Assembly: GCA_031425655.1 (NCBI GenBank)
Contig: JANPJS010000091.1
Span: 1-29,595 of the forward strand
DNA: 29,595 nt
From: Abditibacteriaceae bacterium
GTDB lineage: Bacteria; Armatimonadota; Abditibacteriia; Abditibacteriales; Abditibacteriaceae
Reading direction: 5' to 3'
The position numbers and the translations under genes were made by a program. A model generated the notes under the pieces. It was given only the letters and a program-made list of their open reading frames with translations, did not search any database and had not been told where the DNA came from. Shown piece after piece: positions 25,945-29,595 of this stretch (positions are counted from its first letter, which is position 1; the number at the start of each line of letters is the position of its first letter).

Positions 25945-27393
25945 CTACCGCTTCTTTTTCCCGCCCGGATTTGCCTGTCCCTGTGCGCGGTTAAGATAGC
26001 TCTTGTATTCCCACCGCTCCTTCCACTCAGCGAGATACGGCTGATATGCGGGCGTCTCGAACCAGTTGGCCGACTCCAGATCGGGCGGCGACACCTTGCC
26101 TTCGGGATAATCCCTGCCGGCGAAGCAGGTATCCACCGTCGCGTCCCACGCGAGCAGTTGCTGTTTCATCTTCGCGAACACCTCTGGCTTCTCCGCGCTG
26201 AGGTCGCGGGATTCCTTCGGGTCGGCCACGAGGTCGTAGAGTTCAAATTTGTCGCCGCGCAAATTGTCCGTGAGCAGCTTGTAGCGGTCGTCCACCAGCG
26301 CGCGCTTGCTCGTGTAGCGGAAGGCGATAGGCGCGCGGCGCTCGCCGAGTTCGCGCGCGAAGAGCGGCTTCAAACTCAGTCCGTCAAGCGGTTTAACCAG
26401 CGCGCTCTCCGGAAGGGCGACGATGTCCGCCACGGTGGGAAACAAATCCATCACGCTCGCCGGGTAGCTCGTTACGCGCGGCTGGATGACCGCCGGCCAT
26501 TCGATGATGCCCGGCACTCGGATGCCGCCCTCGAACACGCTGCCCTTGTTGCCGCGCAGGCCGCCGACGGTTTCGGGCGTGATGCCCGGCAGCCCGCCGT
26601 TGTCGCTGCAAAAGACGAGCAGCGTGTCGTTGGCGAGGCCGAGGTTGCGGAGTTTTGCGCGCAGCGTGCCGATGCTGCGATCCATCGCCACGAGTTCACC
26701 GTGATGATTCGCCGATGCTTCGTTGAGTCCGTCGAACGCCGCCTTGTCCGCATCGAGCGCCTTGAACGGGCTGTGCGGCGTGCCATACCAGACGACCGCA
26801 AACATCGGCTTCCCACCGCCCTTGTGCTTGCCGAGAAACTTCACCGCCTCGTCCACGGCAATCTCCGACGAGTCGCCCTTCATCTGCTCGAACTTCCCCG
26901 CGCGGCTCATCAACGGATCCACGTCGTAGAAGTTCGACACCGACACCCATTCGTCGAAACCGAACTTGCCGGGGCTGCGCGGATCGTCCGCGAAGATCGG
27001 CGCGCCCGGACCCTTGTGGCCGTTGAGGTGCCACTTGCCAAAATGGCCAGTGACGTAGCCCGCGCCTTTCAACGCCTGCGCGATGGTTTTCTCCTGCGTG
27101 CGCAGCGCGTAGCCGTGCGTGAGCACGCCTGCGCGATCGTGCGAGCGCCCTGTGAGCATTGAGGCGCGCGTGGGCGAGCACACCGGCCCGCCCGCGTAGA
27201 ACCGGTCGAAGCGCAGCCCATTCGCCGCCATCGCGTCGAGGTTCGGCGTCTTGAGCACGGGGTGCCCGCGATAACCGGTCTGGCCCCAGCCCATGTCGTC
27301 GGCCATCACGAAGATGATGTGCGGTTTGTCGGCAGCTAAGGCAGCTCCGCAGGCGAACGCGAAAGCGGCGATGAGTGTGAGGATAGGTTTCAT
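25945..27393 (-). CDS. Secreted S1-family sulfatase
   Basis: ATG 27393 overlaps the upstream stop (ATGA); PHIIFVMADDMGWG, CSPTRASMLTGR, GKWHL, SDNGG, FEGGIRVP. Confidence 0.95.
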   Translation of the reverse strand: MKPILTLIAAFAFACGAALAADKPHIIFVMADDMGWGQTGYRGHPVLKTPNLDAMAANGLRFDRFYAGGPVCSPTRASMLTGRSHDRAGVLTHGYALRTQEKTIAQALKGAGYVTGHFGKWHLNGHKGPGAPIFADDPRSPGKFGFDEWVSVSNFYDVDPLMSRAGKFEQMKGDSSEIAVDEAVKFLGKHKGGGKPMFAVVWYGTPHSPFKALDADKAAFDGLNEASANHHGELVAMDRSIGTLRAKLRNLGLANDTLLVFCSDNGGLPGITPETVGGLRGNKGSVFEGGIRVPGIIEWPAVIQPRVTSYPASVMDLFPTVADIVALPESALVKPLDGLSLKPLFARELGERRAPIAFRYTSKRALVDDRYKLLTDNLRGDKFELYDLVADPKESRDLSAEKPEVFAKMKQQLLAWDATVDTCFAGRDYPEGKVSPPDLESANWFETPAYQPYLAEWKERWEYKSYLNRAQGQANPGGKKKR

Positions 27394-28886
27394 TTGCCCT
27401 CCTTCGCCCACTGTTTCATGAGCGCAATGTTTTTCTCTACTTCAGGGTTTCCTTTTCCGAGGTAGGCCGCCATATCGCTGTCGTAGCGGGATTGGGTTTC
27501 GGGGCCGTGGTCGTTGGTTTCCTGCATCCACTGGTCGAGACGGGCTCGCAGGGATTGCAGCGTGGACTTGTGTGCGGGGTCGGCGGCGAGGTTAGTAACC
27601 TGCCATTTGTCCGTGGTCCATTCGTAGAGTTCTTCGGGCGGGCGAGTGGGGCTGAAGAGCAGCTTTTCCGCGAGAGGATCGAGATTTCCTGCTTCATGCA
27701 GGCTGCGCAGAGTTTGCACGATGGATTTGCCGTCCTTGTAGGCGTTCGGCTGCAGGTGCGGGCGCTGCGGGTGAAAGTTGCGAATGTAAAGAAAGCGCTC
27801 CGTGCGCACGCTGCGGATGCGCTCGACGGTCTCGTCGCAGCGGTCGCGCGCGGCGAAGACGTGGGTGCGCGGCTGGTAGCTTGGTGCGAGGACGTTCCGG
27901 GCCTGCATGGCTTTGGGAATTTGAATCCCAGCCGCCGTGAGCGAGGTCGCGGCCATATCAATGTGCTCGATCAAGTCCGCGCGCACCTTCCCTTTCGCGA
28001 TGCCGGGGCCGCGCACAATGAAGGGGATGTGCGTGCCTTCGTCGTAGAGAAATTGTTTGCCGCGCGCGTGGCTGATGCCGTGGTCGGTGATGAAAAGGAT
28101 GAGTGTGTTTTCCAGCAGCCCTTCCTGCTCCAGACGGGCGACAACTTTACCGACATGAGCATCCGTGAGCCGCACGGAGTCGAGATAGGCCGCCCAATCG
28201 CGCAGTAGCACAGGATCGCGCGGGTAGTAGGGCGGCAGCGCGATTTTTTCAGGATCAGTAGACGCGCCGAATTCTTTCGCGGCTGTTTCGAGCAGCCTCG
28301 CCGCCGCGGCGTCGTTGCCGCCGCGCAGTTTGCCGCCCGCCATCTGCACCTGCATGAAAAATGGCTGGTCCGGCTTGCGCGCCGCCCAATCGTGCGAGTC
28401 GTAAATCGCCGCGTCGTATTCGAAATTGTAGTCCGTCTTCCCCAGCCCGCCGCCCCTCTTGCCTTTTTTCCCGGCGGCGTTTTCTCCCGCCGGCAGTCCG
28501 TCGCCGATGCACGTAAAGTAGCCTGCTTTCTGAAAAAGTGCAGGAACCGGCGTCACGCCCTCCGGGAGCCTGATTTTTTGCACACCTCGTCCGCTGCGGT
28601 GATGATGTGCGCCTATGCTGGTCTGATACATGCCCGTAATCAGCGCCGAGCGGCAAGGCGAGCACACCGGCGCAGTCACAAACGCATTCGCAAAGCGCGT
28701 CCCCTCGCGAGCGAGGCGGTCCACATACGGCGTTTGAATCAGCGTCTCGCCGTAGCAGGAAAAATTCGCCGACATGTCATCCACGACGAACCACAGGACA
28801 TTGGGCTTTTTCAAGGGAGCCTCGGCGGCGTGCAGTGCCAGCGGCGCGAGCAGCAGGGCGGCGAGGAGAGTGAGAATGGATTTCAT
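27390..28886 (-). CDS. Secreted sulfatase (N-sulfoglucosamine sulfohydrolase/sulfamidase-like subgroup)
   Basis: PNVLWFVVDD, CSPCRSALITGMY, GKTDYNF, TDHG, ARDRCDE, RPPEELY; the subgroup call is tentative. Confidence 0.92.
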   Translation of the reverse strand: MKSILTLLAALLLAPLALHAAEAPLKKPNVLWFVVDDMSANFSCYGETLIQTPYVDRLAREGTRFANAFVTAPVCSPCRSALITGMYQTSIGAHHHRSGRGVQKIRLPEGVTPVPALFQKAGYFTCIGDGLPAGENAAGKKGKRGGGLGKTDYNFEYDAAIYDSHDWAARKPDQPFFMQVQMAGGKLRGGNDAAAARLLETAAKEFGASTDPEKIALPPYYPRDPVLLRDWAAYLDSVRLTDAHVGKVVARLEQEGLLENTLILFITDHGISHARGKQFLYDEGTHIPFIVRGPGIAKGKVRADLIEHIDMAATSLTAAGIQIPKAMQARNVLAPSYQPRTHVFAARDRCDETVERIRSVRTERFLYIRNFHPQRPHLQPNAYKDGKSIVQTLRSLHEAGNLDPLAEKLLFSPTRPPEELYEWTTDKWQVTNLAADPAHKSTLQSLRARLDQWMQETNDHGPETQSRYDSDMAAYLGKGNPEVEKNIALMKQWAKEGK

Positions 28887-28931
28887 GGATTTTTGAGGAA
28901 GGCAAGGCTTTGTTTTGCTGTCCGCTTGTGT

Positions 28932-29595
28932 TTACAGTTGCGCTTTGGCTTCGACAATTAGCGAAGGCACCGTTGGTGCATCGGTTGCTCGATTGCGCTT
29001 TGCTTGAACTTCGGTGCTGTCCTTCTGGCGCACCACGGCGTCGAGTTGTGATCGTTCGGCGCGATTGTCTTGCACGATGGCTTGGCGCACGTTGCGAAGT
29101 TCGACCATGACGGTGGGTTTGCCTTCGGCTCCCAGGTTGTTGGCGCTGTTGCCTTGGCAATGCAGGCCGCTGACCCACTCGGCCCTGATGGCGGGAACCG
29201 GACAATCTTCGATGGTGTTTCCAGAAATGTGAAGATTGGCCGAACCTGCGACATCAATCGCGGCTTCGGGCTTTTTCATTTGAAACAGATTCCGGCAAGA
29301 GTTGCCAGTGATCTGCACGCGCTCGCTGTTTTGCACGATGATCGCCCCGGCACTGGAACCGTCTATGCGATTGTTGCGGATGACGATGTCGCTGTTGGGA
29401 TAAGAGGCGGGGAAGGCTGCGATGGGCGGCGTGCCGTTGTGCACACTCAGGGCTGCGCGGCCCGAACCCCAGAGCGCGCCGTAGCTGCAATTGAGGAAAA
29501 CATTGTCGGCGATCAGCACATTGTGGATGGTGGCTCCTTGCCACCACCACGAGTCGGTGACGACATCCAGCCCTCCGGCGAGTCGCACGAAGTGA
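28932..29595 (-). CDS. Right-handed parallel beta-helix protein, C-terminal part (5' end outside the window)
   Basis: Repeated I-x-x-N stacks (NVLIADNVF, DIVIRNNRI, VQITGNSC, LHISGNTI, AIVQDNRA); the frame is open to the window edge. Confidence 0.75.
   Translation of the reverse strand, partial: HFVRLAGGLDVVTDSWWWQGATIHNVLIADNVFLNCSYGALWGSGRAALSVHNGTPPIAAFPASYPNSDIVIRNNRIDGSSAGAIIVQNSERVQITGNSCRNLFQMKKPEAAIDVAGSANLHISGNTIEDCPVPAIRAEWVSGLHCQGNSANNLGAEGKPTVMVELRNVRQAIVQDNRAERSQLDAVVRQKDSTEVQAKRNRATDAPTVPSLIVEAKAQL

Noticed and set aside
24244..27162. Long + strand ORFs (438 aa and 406 aa)
   Set aside because: Antisense to motif-complete sulfatases; expected from high GC3 codon bias.
1..29595. 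tRNA, rRNA, integrase, intact transposase or defence genes
   Set aside because: None recognised by eye; tRNAscan-SE, Infernal and DefenseFinder would be needed to exclude them formally.

Overview
Bacterial chromosomal replication-origin region joined to an accessory island. About 1-18750 is core chromosome. On the + strand are a nitrilase-family hydrolase and a SpoIIE/PP2C phosphatase fused to a degenerate GGDEF domain, followed by a nested REP-like palindrome. A minus-strand run follows: rpmH-rnpA-yidD-yidC-jag(khpB), PqqD/RRE-like protein, FtsX-like permease, and a large secreted TPR/DUF3857/transglutaminase-like protein. Divergently on the + strand lie dnaA, oriC (DnaA boxes, DnaA-trio-like repeats, AT-rich stretch), a small Cys-rich zinc-finger ORF, dnaN, a secreted M14 peptidase, recF, a Pol-beta-type nucleotidyltransferase and a DUF721/DciA protein. 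Where gyrB often follows, there is instead a non-autonomous IS200/IS605-like element, gene fragments and a probable transposon end. Beyond that is a minus-strand array of six intact Cys-type secreted sulfatases, two sulfatase remnants and a partial beta-helix protein. The array's leader peptides, SD-less starts and Lys-rich tails look like those of PVC-superphylum bacteria. The core part is tentatively Armatimonadota/Abditibacteriota-like (impression only). All family calls come from motif recognition by eye; no database search was run.
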